A DNA stretch of 64,000 bases from Adineta vaga (lineage: Eukaryota; Animalia; Rotifera), in assembly GCA_021613535.1 (NCBI GenBank), contig CP075494.1, forward strand, positions 5,766,001 through 5,830,000. Reading direction: 5' to 3'. Position numbers and translations under genes: made by a program. Under the pieces are notes generated by a model. That model saw only the letters and a list, made by a program, of their open reading frames with translations, was not told the DNA's origin and ran no database searches. The stretch's first letter is position 1. Each line of letters begins with the position of its first letter. Below are positions 40,039 through 53,685 of this stretch, piece by piece.

Positions 40039-41104
40039 TTAGGAAAGTTCATAGTCATCATTGGTATTAGTTTCTGTTGTTTTTCGTTTTTTAGTTGCAG
40101 TTGTCTGAAGAAAATTTTCACACATTTGTGCATGAGTAGAATCTGCTAATGGAAATTGATGTTGTAATAATTGATTATGAAATAATTGTTGATTTTTAAT
40201 TAATCTATCTAATTTAATTTGTGTTATATCAGATAATTCTTCTTTAAGTCGTTCGATTTCTTTATGTAAGATAGTCATTTCATTTTCTGTTCTTTGTTTA
40301 TATTCTTCGTATTCTTTTGTAAGACATTCATATTTAACTTTAAATGTTGTTTCATCAGTTACAGAAGTCTAAACATAAGACAAATGTTCATGATTGAAAG
40401 AAATAGACAGAAAAAGATTTACTAAATGATCAACTTGTTCATCGAGCATTGTTTTTTCATTCGGAATGAATTTAGTAACACAAACTTGTTTATCATTGAG
40501 ATAATGTGGTCGTGCAAGTAAAATACGATCAACAATATCATAATCCTGTAAGAAATAAAGATTCTAGGATTTTCATTAGATGAAAGAGATATTTTGTTTT
40601 ACTTCAAAATCGATAAAACCATTTTCATAATCAAATTTTCTGATTTCTCCTAATTTTTGAAAATAAGATTTAAGAGATCGTTTATCGTATTTTGTTGGAT
40701 GAGAGATAACCAAACGATTGGTTACAACAAGTCGTTCAGGTATCGATGCAGCTGCACGTGGTAATGCTCGTTTAACAAAGATTTCTTCACCACTTATACA
40801 ATGTGGTCGTTTCGACATAAATTGTGTCGTCGAACGAGCTGATTGAAACGTAAGAAAACCGAAACAATGATAAATCTATGAAGACTATCTTAAAAAATAC
40901 AATCAAAAGGTATAAAGATACTTACATTACTCTCATTATCTCGATTGATTGACAGATCAATTATTGAACCATATTTTTCACAATAGGAACGTAAGGATTC
41001 TAACGAAACATGGCAAAGATTGCCGAAAAATAAATGACGACTATAAAACAAATAATTCAAACTCTTTTGTTTCAAGTATTCGAAAATTAGACCTACTCGC
41101 CCAT
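40039..41104 (-). CDS. Two-RRM (hnRNP A/B-like) RNA-binding protein with C-terminal coiled coil
   Basis: RHLFFGNL (RNP2), CFGFLTF (RNP1), RPHCISGEEIFVKRALPR; second RRM LKSYFQKLG..GFIDFE..RPHYLNDKQV. Confidence 0.8.
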
Positions 41105-41264
41105 GGTATGATGATAAGGAATATGTCTGCTGAGCTGTTTTATAACGATGAAAAAATACCCAAAAATGATTCTATAGAGGATTAGTGACTCGAAGCGACA
41201 TCTAATTAAAAAAATCATGCTAATATAACAGATTTTATTCATTTTTAAACACAAAAAAGAATGT

Positions 41265-41874
41265 TTATTGATTACGATTATCATAAATAATTTGATCCAA
41301 AACGATAACTAATGATAAAATAAAAGCTTGATCTTCATTACCCACAATTTCAACTCCATATGTATCAGATAATGAGAAGAATTTCTTATTCACAATAGCA
41401 ACTGTTTGACCATTTTTAACTAATGTAAATGAATGAGCAAAGATATCCAAACCTTCAAGTGAATATGCTCCGTAAACTGAATCTATTGCAAATTTTTGAT
41501 GAAGGAATGCAAATTTCTTTTTGACAACAGCTAATTGTCGATCCGAATCACCATTACGAGCAGAAAGAATATTAAATGTTGGATGAAGATGCATTAATTC
41601 CTGTCGAATTTTCACTAAACCACTAGAAGGATAACATTCAATTCGTGATATAATTTATTTTCCTCTATACGACTTACTTTCCAGCCATATCTTCAAGAAC
41701 AAGTTTATCACCAAAGGAGAAAAGTTTCGATCGTACTGTATAAACATCGTGACCCCTTTCGTCTTTGATTTTAAAATTATCACCTAAAGAAAAGATCTTC
41801 TCTCGAATTTGATATCGACGAGAAGGCATTGCTTGTTGTTGATAATCAGCAGGTGGATAAGCATAATAAGCCAT
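41265..41874 (-). CDS. LURP-one-related / Tubby C-like (YxjI-type scramblase fold) protein
   Basis: RYQIREKIFSLGDNFKIKDE..KKKF..GLDIFAHSF..VAIVNKKFFSLSDTYGVEI..DQAFILSLVIVLD; one intron 41623-41677. Confidence 0.85.
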
Positions 41875-44413
41875 AGCGAGGAAGACAAACAAAGAATGTA
41901 TTTTCAAATATTTCTAAGGCAACCTGGAAAAATGACACTATTATATACCATCAGAAGACGTACGTCAAAATATCATCGAATGAGTAAAAACGACAAAGAT
42001 GACGTCAAGTCCTTCAAACAACGTTTTTGATAAAGGGAAACATATGACTCATTACCATAATAAAATATAGAACAGAAAAAAGGTCTGAGTGAAGCATACA
42101 ACGCCTACGGAATAAAAAACCTTCTCCTTGTAATAAAAATCTTGTTATTTACTGACGTGTGATTTCTAAGCTTTTTTTTCTTCAAAATTATTTTTCGATT
42201 GATCGCAAATATGGAACATGATATTCTTAGCTGTCAATGTTTTCATTTGATTCTTCTGTAAACACAGTGTGGTAAATAATCATTTTTTGTGCTAAATTAA
42301 AGTTACAAATTGCATTTTCAATATAAAATCTTCTCTTTAACACAATACTAGGAAATAATATGCTATGAAAAACTACACACGATATTTTTTTACTAACCTT
42401 TTTGGTTTTTTTCGATGAAAAATGAAGATGAAATTCAAATTCGTGGTGTCTTATATCTAAACAGGTTATTGAATAAAATGTATTTCTATTTTTCTTTTTT
42501 CATTCGAGTTCTAATCAATATATAACAGCTGATACACCCGCTATTCTTAAATGTGACCATATCGGAGCTTGGTTACATACAATTCCTCTACAAACAATTA
42601 TATTGTGCACACACTTAGGTTGGCTTCGTAGCCCTAAAATAATTGACAAACAATACAAGCTTATGAGGTCTTTTCTTCTCGAATGCATCATGAAACAAAA
42701 CTAAACCATACACGTATTTTTCATCAAAAGTTTATGCGCATTCTTCAAAAAACTCTGACACTAAATAAACAAAACATGTATATATGTAAACTATCAATAA
42801 ATTATACTATGTCAGTTCGTCGTGCATTGTCTAAACGATGAAATCTTTGATTTCTGATCAAGGGAAGTATGAAAAATAGGATATAGTGAGTGCCTTCGTA
42901 AAATAGAAATATTAGAGTTTAGTGTGACACATACACGCGTTGTAATTGTAATATATAGTTGTAGGAGTATTATTTAGTAGATAAACAATAGAGTTGTCCT
43001 ATAATTTGTACTTGATGTACCGCATCCAATCGGGAGAATATCAGATGGAGAACAAGTGCAGGATTCTGTTGTCTCCGAGAAGAGATGAGTACCTCAATTT
43101 CTTGATATACTATGAGATGTTGGTTATAAAACATTTATTTACAAGTCGGTAGATCATCTCTGTTTACAATAAATTGATTTGAGCTATTTAATCAATATGA
43201 ACTGAAATATCTAAACTTTAATTTGGAAGTTGTTTAGTGATGGTGATGATTACTCTCGTCGCTTTCAATAGAAGTTACTTCAAAATACGAATTAGTTTTC
43301 GAATGACAAGTGAGATTATATAGTGATTAGGACGCATTTCCATTTCTTGAATAAGGAAAATGTGAGATAGTTGTAAATAGGGTTTTACACTTTATTCAAT
43401 TCTTAAAACTGTATTTTTTCACGTTCAGATATTATAAAAAATATCGTAAAAGACTGGCCTGCTATCAATAATAGACCTTTAATACTTGATTAGATCGGTG
43501 ACAAACATATTGCATAGAGCAAAAGAGTGTAATCTCTCTTGGTTGATCCAAAATTTGATGACTAATTTTATCAACATTGTATGAAAGTCTCGTTAGAAAT
43601 GAAGAGAAAATGTGAAAATGTTCTGTCTTGTTTTATATGTTTACTTTTGACCAAATGTGTTTTTATCTATTTTCTTATCACAGCTTGCTCGCTCTCTCTT
43701 TCTCTCTCTTGATGGTATATTTAAGTTTTAGATAAACAATGAAATTCTGTTTATATCTACGTATATGATAGCAAACTCTAGATCACAAGATGTAGTGTAA
43801 TGGTGAATGTGAATTGCATGTACTTGTGTTTCCAAAGAAAAGAGTCCAAAAAAAATGAACATATAGTTTTTCCAGTATTATTGGTTTCTTTTTCAATTGA
43901 TTTAAAAGTCGTGTGCTAAGCGTCAATGACTAAAGAGTTCTATGAAACGTCGACAAAAGGAATTCCGTTATTTGAACTTGACCAATATATGCGGTTTTAT
44001 TTTCCTTCCCAAGATATAATGTCACAATCAAAATGATTGAATATCTTCACCAAAACTTATCATAAAGATGAGAAATACAGACAGATTTTGATATTTCTTA
44101 AATGATTTATCTTGAATAATACTTTCTTTTTACAATTAATAAATGTAATCCATCCAGTCTGTTCACAAATGATCATATTATTCCATTTTATATATATTAC
44201 ACAGATAAATCTTCTTAATAACTTGCATTCGAAATGTAATATTATTCCTTTTTAAAGTTAATCCAAAAATTGTTCCATAAAAGAACATCTAATCTTGGTA
44301 TACGCTCGTATATTACATATAAAAAAGTCTACGTCAATAGAACACATAAATAACACAGTAAATCATTTACCAATACCAAAAACAAAACAAAACAAGATCT
44401 GACTAGATTTTCT

Positions 44414-44830
44414 TCAATCATCATCATCGTCATCAACGTCACTATAAATAAATACATCCATTTTTTCTAAACCCAATGCTGCATATTTGCTTGCAAGCGA
44501 GCCAAGATAGAGAAATGGAAATGCAATAAGAAAAACTTTTACAATACCAAGTGGATATCGTTTTGGCATCTAAATGATAAATGAATGAATGTTAATGATT
44601 AAGAAACAACTCACTGGACGAATAGCTCCTGATTCAGTATAAACACCCTTGGACTGATATGGTTCAAGTCGAATATCATGTTTTCGATTTTGATTTCGAC
44701 GTTTTTCAATAAATGTGACAAAATACGATCGGATTGAAGATATTTTCGTTGATATTGATCGTTTTTGATTTAAAAATATCCATCGATGAATAATCGGAAA
44801 AAATAATCGATTAGATTTTTTAATTTCCAT
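44414..44830 (-). CDS. SMDT1: EMRE, essential MCU regulator (mitochondrial calcium uniporter subunit)
   Basis: Basic presequence, then TESGAIRP|MPKRYPLGIVKVFLIAFPFLYLGSLASK..LEKMDVF..DDDDD*, matching the EMRE TM and poly-Asp tail. Confidence 0.88.
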
Positions 44831-45118
44831 TGAAGATAAATGCAATGTAAAATGTACTATTAATACAATATATCAGGTTATTTTCGTTTGATTGCTCTAA
44901 CTAATAACACAAATACATATTCAAAACAAAAGAGGTCGCCGTTCGAACGTTTAGAATAATACTCATTACATCTTATACTATAGAAACTATCTGTTTAAAT
45001 CATCTAATCTATATCGACTCTGCAAAAAATATATACTAAAAAATGCAAGTTTATTTCAGAATATTTGAGATTTTTTTAGAAAAAGATATTTATATATGCA
45101 AAATCAAATGTCAAAATA

Positions 45119-45574
45119 TTACATCGCAGTTCCTACACCAAGCAGAACTTGACATTTTGGACAATAATGTTCTGAATCCTAAAAATTCATATAAAATGTC
45201 TTTTTTTGTATATCTCACTGACAATCATACATACTTTAAGACCATTAATACAAAATGGAATAAAACAACAACCACAGAATCCACCTGCAAAAGCAATTAT
45301 AGTACATACAATCCATGGAATTACTCCAGTTTTCTTTTCAATTCGAGTAAGAATAGGAGTTCTACAGTAAGGGCAAATACATTGAATTGGAATATCTTTA
45401 TACATGGTTACTTGTGTTTGAATATTAGCTGTCGTAGCCATGGGTACCGATTGTGATGGATAAACTGATTGAGCTATTAAGTAAATTTATTAGATTTTTC
45501 TTCGAAGACAACGATTTCTTACCATAGGATGATGGTGCATTCGGTTTTGATTCAGTAGGATATAAACCTAACAT
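45119..45574 (-). CDS. LITAF-domain protein (copy 1)
   Basis: PIQCICPYC..GCCFIPFC..KDSEHYCPKCQVLLG; three exons. Confidence 0.9.
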
Positions 45575-45785
45575 GATTTAGTTTTTAATGTTGTTATATT
45601 CGTGTCAGATGTTTCTTTTTTTATAATCGAAAAGAAAAATATGAAACTATAGTTATTCTTTTTTTGCTTACGCAATTTCATTACGTCTGCTTCTTTCGTT
45701 TTATTTATTTATCGATTCAGCATTTTATTGTTTTCAATATTCAAATGAAAATAAAAAGAAATTCGAGTTCCTTTTGAATCATTAT

Positions 45786-46235
45786 TTACAATGTTTTGTG
45801 TAAGCCAAGCAATGTACGACAACTTGGACAGTAATGTTCCGTATCCTATTGAAAGAAAAAACGCTAGAAATATATGTTATCATATGAAACTATTCCTAAC
45901 CTTGCAAGCATCAACACAGAATGGAATAAAACAACAGAGCCATAATCCAACTAGGGTCATTCCACCACAAAGAAGCCAAGCGAGAAGTCCATTTTTTTTC
46001 ACCGTTTGAGTGACAACTTGTTGACGACAATGAGGACATACACATTGAACAGGATAGCTACCGACTACAGGTGGTGCATACATCGGTGCCGCATATACTG
46101 GCGCTGGTGCCGACGCAGGTGGTGGTTGTGCTTGTGGATAAGGCGTTTTTTCAGCTAAATTTAAATAAAAAGAACAATTAATTGAACTAGAATATATTCG
46201 TTATTACTATATGGTGGTGGTTGAGAGTATTGCAT
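45786..46235 (-). CDS. LITAF-domain protein (copy 2) with PPPY motif
   Basis: [44 protein letters not shown]; three exons. Confidence 0.9.
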
Positions 46236-48379
46236 ATTTAACTGGTGAAATCGAAATGAGAAGAGAAAAAAGAATTGCGAATGTTTACTATTGAATATGA
46301 TGCAAAATTAGTCAGTGAAGTTTTCATGGCGACGATGAAACTAAAGAACGAAAGAAAATTTTTACTGTAGGAAAAGGAGTGAATATTATTGTTTCTTTTA
46401 TTCACCGAAAGTATTTACTAACATAAAAAAGACATCGTACGCCCGCTTTTGAAATGTAACAGATTGATTTATTGACTGAAAAAAGAGATGATGACGTCTT
46501 TTGTTATGAAATTGAAAGAACGAAAGAAAAAACTCGGTAGTTTCGATCAGTCAAAAGTCTACTAAAAGAATGACGCACAAAGTATTTATTTTAATAAAGA
46601 ATAGGAATAAAAATTTCGATATTGATGTGAAGCTAGGTCCGTCGTGCTAGCTTCACACCGATGAAAGACTCGGAAAATAGAAGCAGTATTCCTTCCCAAT
46701 CCGTTTCACTTCCGTGAATTTGGAACCCGCCGTATCCTACCAGCAACCACGAAACCAAATAAAAACCCTCGCAAAATCTCGTTTCCCAGCAACAGTGCCC
46801 AAAAACAAAATTCATTGGCTTTTTCCGCCACAATCCAGCATATTCCAGAGAGTCTATGGTCTTTCATATTTCAAATTGGATTTTGGAAAAAAATCGAGCC
46901 TCGTACATATATTTAGAGCGAGAATTAAGGGAACCAGCAAATCACACTGAATATACCAAGAAACATTTTCTTTCCTAAAAATAGTCGTTTGAATTAAAAC
47001 CAATAAACTCACCCTCACAATTATTTGAACTTCCCAGATAACTGTGGGGACTAAGGGGACCAACAAAACTCTTAATAATCAACAGAATATAACAACGTCA
47101 TCGATAAATCTGAAGACTTTACTAGAAAAAAAATTTCATAAATTCGTATACATTCTAATTTCTTCGTCCAAGAAATTTCGTTCTCATTCGTACTGAACCA
47201 TTTTTTCTTCGATGAAAATAGTTTTTTAGAGTCTGATTATGAAGAGTGGATCTATACACACTGCCGATCATCATAAAATAACAACGAAGTCATTTTATAA
47301 ATTTCACAGCGTTGTTAGTCCCCTTCGTTCATTACTTTCAGTTCGAAATAAAGTTCCATTTTTTCTCTAAATTCAATTTGAAATATAATAGACCATTGTA
47401 TGATTTCAGCCAGTTCCAATAGAAACCGGTGAGATCCTGCCTAAAACTCGAAGCATGATCCTCAGCATTCCCACCGGATTCAACAAACGGAAACGTAATG
47501 AAACTCCTTATTCCAAAAAACGACTTTACAACTCTAGCCAATTCAACCCAAAAGCAACAAGCCGTCAGTTTACATTACATACAATCAAAAAAAAACGTAA
47601 AAATTCCGTTCAATTCCGGTCGGAATAGTTATGGTTTTTCCTCTACGTAGACATCGGGAATAAATGAATGAATCATAGAATATTGCGCTTTGATAGACGA
47701 AAAGGAAAAATAAGTATTGCAAAGCTTGATCTATTACCATTGGATGTATCTAAACGGATACATCAAGCTATTCCAAACAGAAATAGGTTTTAGTTAAAGA
47801 AAACAAATTTTTGCTCGTTCCATAGTCTAGAGGCAAAAGAAATGGGCGAATTGTTTTTTCCTTTGTGTCTCTTAATCGCCGGCTGGAAAGAGTTAATTGA
47901 CTTTCTTGTATTTTAACTAGAAGAAACAGTCTAATTAATCGATCAAATCAATAATTTTGAAAACAAATTAATGGAAAAAGGCAGGAAAAATGAAATTATC
48001 ACACAAGCCAATCTTCTCCAGTTTAAGTAACAAACTATTACACGGCTACTTTTAGTCAAACAGCAAGAGCAATTACGTAATGGTATGTGAATATAGAACA
48101 CCATGATAGAGTTCGTAGACAAGGGGAATTCTTTTCTTTTAGCGTGTAACCAACCCCAAAATATTCCGTGACGAAAAGTGGCCTTATAAATCTGCAACAG
48201 ATGGTTGGCACCGATGATACTTTCTGTTCTTCGTGCACAAACCATTTCTTCGTCATTCTTCCATTTGTTCGTCTTTCTTTTATTCTGATGAATAAACATA
48301 CGCATACGCACGTTTGTGAAGAAGTTAAAGATATTTCTCTATAGAATGAAAGATCGATGTATATCCATTATAGCAGAAA

Positions 48380-48442
48380 CCCAGGTTCACGAATCTGATG
48401 TTGGATCCGATTGGAGCTGAGTATTGGATTTGTAGACATGGG
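48380..48442. repeat. 63-bp imperfect inverted repeat (MITE-like, CCCAGG...CATGGG)
   Basis: cccaggttcacgaatc matches the reverse complement of gatttgtagacatggg at 12/16. Confidence 0.5.
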
Positions 48443-49090
48443 AAAGAGCAATTTAATGATCAATGTTAAATAAAAAAAGCATCGATTTCTAATCAATCAA
48501 CAGATTAAAAATCGGTTTGCTAGTGGAAGTTTTTCGTTTATTAATTTTATAATGAATAATTAACGATACTGCTGATATCATGACAGAATAGAATCGATTA
48601 ATGATAGAGAAAATTGAGATTGATAATGGTTTTGGACATATCGGCGTGTTTTGAAATTAATTGTTGATTTTTTTTCTCATTTGATGGTTCAGCTATTATT
48701 GTTGATGAGTTTTCTTCGGACATATTCAATGTATTTTGACAAAAAAAAATTATTTCGAATAGAAGAAAAAAAGAAAAAGAAGCGATAGAACGAAAAGAAA
48801 TGTTTCTGTTCTCATTTCTTTTTGTGTTAGAAAATTTACACAAATACTATTTCTTAATCGTCTTGAAATGTCAATAACAACCGTTAAGACCTTATTGAAA
48901 TAAAATTCTAATTGTAATTAGTGACATCTATTTCTCTATTCTAAAACCATATAAAAATAATCCATTGGTTGAAACCCTTGATTTGAAATCTAACTTGAAA
49001 AATTCTTCGAATTTCGTTTTATCTAAATGTGATGTATGTATGAAAAAGACATTATTGTGTAAGTTTTAGAAATCTATTCATTACTTAACA

Positions 49091-49905
49091 ATGGTACACA
49101 GTGTTGATGAAACATTAAACGTAAGTTATGATGTTCATTTCGAACTTTAAATTACTCGTCTTTTCAATTCTAGTCTCGTACGGAAGAATTAAAACAATCA
49201 TTATTTCTTTGGCGTCATATACTTTTACCAATAAATAATTTATTTCAATGGAAACATAAACAAGATCCATTTATTATCTCTGGATTTATCACATTGATCT
49301 TTCTGTAAGAATTAGCATTTATCAAATTGAACTACGTCGAAATATACATTCTATATCATTGTAGTATTGTTTTTCAAACTAATCCATCTGTTCTGACGCT
49401 ATGCTGTTCTATTGTTTTAATATTTGTACTAATTGATTTATTGGTACCAGTCAGCATGCCTTTGATATTCAAAAATGAGAAATGGTATATGAAAAAGGAA
49501 AGAATCAATAATTATTTGAATAATTCATTTAGGACATCAAAAGATGATTTGGAATATACGAAGTTCTGTGAACAGATTGCACATTTTGAACAATTTGTCA
49601 AATTGAAATGTCAAACAGCTTTAAAAATGCGTGAAGAACAACCAACCATGGTAATATAATCGAATATTTATTCATTAAAAAATCGAATGTTTTCTTCTTA
49701 GTATTTAATGATCGGTGGAATAAGTCTTGGTTTCCTTGCATTCTGTGGTCAACGTATTGATAATCTTCTTCTTTGTTATTTCATAAGTAAAACGCAATGA
49801 TCGTTATTACTGAATAAACTAAAATTTATTCGTATGATTTTAGCACTGGTAATTTGTTTAATACCTGGTATTCGTCATCGACAATTAATTACTTCAATTT
49901 CTTAA
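49091..49905 (+). CDS. ARL6IP1: ARL6IP1-like ER-shaping membrane protein
   Basis: Six exons: LKQSLFLWRH..FQWKH..NPSVLT..LIDLLVP..IFKNEKWT..FCEQI..MREEQPTMY..GQRIDNLLLCYF..LIPG. Confidence 0.88.
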
Positions 49906-50536
49906 TAAATAACTAATTTTTGAATTGTATAAATTGTATCCATGAGAAGATAAGAATGATTCATAACTGATTTTTTTAAACTTAATAAAATAAATGATAA
50001 TGATTATTGAATTAAATTTGCAGAAATGGGATACATCGTAATACTGACTATTATTGTATTAAAATCTAAGCTGTATGTATAGAATATCGTTGATACATTT
50101 TATAAATCACGGTATTCAAGAAAAATCAAAAATTTGTTTTTTCTTTTACACTATTTCAAAGAACATTTCAAAATTATGTTATTTATTCGATCAGTCATCC
50201 AGTTCACTTTTAGAAAATGGATGAATCAATATATTTATTTGATTTTTTTTTTCTATCTATTTCTGTCTCAGCTAATCATAGATATATATATTTCACTTCG
50301 TTACTTTACCTTTCTTTTCTCTTCTCTTCTCTCTTTTGCTGTTTCTAATCACCTAGACGGATAGTGTTACTGACTTACCCATTCTTTTCTTTTTCGTTCG
50401 ATGTATATATTCATCACATCTGACTTTCGCTCTCAAGCATTATTTTTCTCGATTTTATCTAGTATATGGTTGAATTTTCAAACATGAGGACAATAAGTTC
50501 AAGTTTTTAAATTTTAGATTTCTACAAATCACAAAT

Positions 50537-51539
50537 ATGGCTTTAGAAAGTATTATAAATGAACGAACTGCTCGATATATTGATTTAGTCAAAGAACCTG
50601 AATCATTAAAACGAACAAATGGTATTCCAATTGCTGATGCTGAATTCAATGATTTTCATATCAATGGAGTAGCCGTACCAGCTGATTGGGATGTTGGTTT
50701 TGGTGATGTACTTAACTGGTCCAAAGGACGACCAACTGAAGCATATTTCGTTATGGCAGATCGTACGTTATTAAAAAATCCTGATCGTTCTGGTTCAGGT
50801 TATTTAACTATTCCTTTCGTTGTAACTCGTAAGTAAAATTCAATAATTTCTGAACTATATTCTCTGTTTTTCCATAGATGATACTCGAAATGCTTTACTT
50901 AAATATGAATATGTTATTAATGGTATTGGTAAAGATTATGTTTCTACCGTTGAAATGCATCCTGATGATATATTCATTCAAAAAAATTGGGGTGTTGTAC
51001 CCGCTGAAATGCATTCCCGTAATGTTGAATTCATTTATGATCCATTAGAAGAATTTCTCTACGTTCATATTCCACATACATCCAAACGAAAAGAATTTAA
51101 ATTAGGCTCAACAACAATGAAAGATATTGAAACGTGGTATCATGGGTAAATGAATAGAATTGAATGATATTTTTCACTGAATTGATTGAATTATTTTAGT
51201 GCATTAGAAGATCAAGCATCATTTCGAATCAAATATGATTTTGCTGGTCCATATTTTCAAAAATATCATGATGTATATCGTTTACATGAAAATAAATTTT
51301 CATTGCCAAAAACATGGACAGCTGAAACAGGAATAGTTGATGTTGGTCATGATTATTCTCGTGGTGAATGGACATTTTACGGTACGCTCTTCTTTCTCTT
51401 TCGTTTCTTATTTAATTTATTTTATATTAAAGGTGATCGTAAACATTTGAATGATGCAAAGAAACATGTACAAGAATTTTACAAAGATCTCAATGTAGTC
51501 ATTATTGATGAACCACATAAAGTTGTTTCAATTGTTTAA
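50537..51539 (+). CDS. Uncharacterised four-exon protein (about 280 aa)
   Basis: ORF pieces join in frame by GT-AG introns; globular composition; no family recognised. Confidence 0.75.
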
Positions 51540-52432
51540 TCAAACGATATGATACACTCTCCTTTTATTTACAATATTCTAACCTAGCAGTTTTACTTTT
51601 TATTTTCTCTTCTAAATACTTTATTTCACATAGATAATATTTCAATTCGATTATGTTGTTTTTTTTCTCGTACAGAAAAATATAATACACTCGAAAGTAC
51701 CCGTGAAATAAAATCATGTATACCTAACAAGAAGGAACCATTTTTCACCGTGCGAAAACCCGCTTTATCATCGGGGTCTTTCTTTGAATTTACCATTTTC
51801 AGTAGTCACTGTTGTTGTTGGTTGACTTAGAACTTCTTCAAAACCTTGTGCATCACCACCGCCAAATATTTGAAATCTCTCTGCAGACATAGTTTGTACT
51901 TCGATGATAATATTTGAATGAAAACTTTTCAATATGTCAAATGTCTTCTCGTTCTCTCTCTCTCCTTATATAGCTACACCCGATTTCTTCGTTCTGTACA
52001 TAGGTTTTACTTCCAATACTATGATTCATTCTCATATGAATTCCACACAACAACAAATAACATAGGACAATCAAGTAGAAACATTGACTATATATGGTAA
52101 CTATGATCGTCAAGTTAGCAACGGAAAAACATTCTGTATGCAAATTCCAACTGGTTTGTTTCAACTCAAATGCCTCCAAAGTACATATTTCTTTAGGTTT
52201 CCACAGCATACATTGAAAAGATATCGTTGATTCATACAATTACTTTTTCTTCTGTTCAATAGGATTATGAAAATTCAATTATATGCGCAGCTAATAAATC
52301 AAGAAAAGAAAAGAAATGAGTAGATAATTATATCACCTCATATTCAATTCATTTATCTTCTTGCGACAGTTACCGCTTCCTTATCAATATAAAAACATCG
52401 TTCATCAATCTATCGATCATATCTCATCGAAT

Positions 52433-53084
52433 ATGTCGAAAACAATCCGACAAGTAAATAAACAATCCATTTATTGTATTTTCTACAATACCTGATTTTT
52501 TGTTTCTTTAGAAAATTTCTCACGCAATTCAAACAACATTTCGATTATCACCGAAACCAAAACAATGCAGTAAGTTTCTTTTTCTCCTTCAATTGAATTT
52601 TCATCCTATACAATACTGTATTTTTTTGCACTTAGAATCGGTGTCTTGTTGTTCGATAAAAAAACCTAATGATTATGAATACATTCCGTATGAACTAAAA
52701 CAAACATCATCAAAAAATGATTATGTAAGTATTCATATTTTTTTGTTTTCGAAAATTTTTCACGGAAAAATAATGATTTAGATCGATTTGAGTGAATGTC
52801 ATTCGTGGTCATTATCTTCAACGAAGGATTCTGGCTATTCAAACGAACGACAATTAGAATCAACAAGAATTTTTCCTTCGAATTCATCGTCGCTTTCAAC
52901 CATATCTGATATAAGTTCGATTCGATCTGATCTAGAACATATTACATACAATTCAATGCCGACGTCATTTGAATGTTGCCATTGTCATTGTCATCATTAT
53001 GTGAAGAATGAATTATTATCACATCAACGAAATACTTATCAAAGACCATCAACTAAAAATAAAATTTATCCTTTTATATTTTGA
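52433..53084 (+). CDS. Uncharacterised four-exon Ser-rich protein
   Basis: MSKTIRQ|KISHAIQ..|..DYEYIPY..|IDLSECHSW..YPFIF*; in-frame GT-AG junctions; TATAAAA upstream. Confidence 0.55.
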
Positions 53085-53685
53085 TTTTTTGAAATAAACG
53101 TTTATTTTGTTCTAAAACAAACAAATCTTTACGAAGATATCGAATTGCTCTACTATGTATTTAAGAGTAATAGAGGATCATTGAGTAGCCTGTGTTCGAC
53201 AATTATACTGATGATGTCATACGTTAACAAATTGCTGATGACATTGTCAGGAAGAATCTGAGAATGAAAGATTGTCGTTTGATTCAATACTATTTTGAGG
53301 TATTATATTTGAGTAATAGTCTCCTGTATATTTTTTTGACGGAATCCTAATTGATTCATTCAATTTATAGCAAGTATATAATTGCAGCGTCATCGACGTA
53401 CAGAAAATACGTGATCTTTTACCTTTTCGCGTATGAAAAGATTATTCATCATACACATGATTTCATCGTTCTGTTAATAGGTCGCCACGTCTGTCGTTGC
53501 TGTTTCTTTTTCTTTTTATGCACACGTCATCATTGCAACTCAACGTATACCATATATGGAATGTTGTGCTTGCATCATTCACTCAAAGAGACTTAATATT
53601 GTATAAATAGTCGATGTTTCTTTCATTTTACCAACTGAAGTTGGTTTGCAAAAGTCTTTGTTTGATACAATCATTATTCACTATT

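Noticed and set aside
23806-46235. Apparent ubiquitin/endosome theme (MARCH, Josephin, LITAF)
   Set aside because: The genes are dispersed among unrelated genes; consistent with chance.
48275-48352. Hammerhead-like CTGATGA-stem-GAA with a possible stem I
   Set aside because: GAAG instead of GAAA, no U-H cleavage triplet and no convincing stem III.
52827-52844. DSGYS beta-TrCP degron-like motif
   Set aside because: DSGYSN lacks the second Ser at the canonical DSGxxS position, and the context is Ser-rich.
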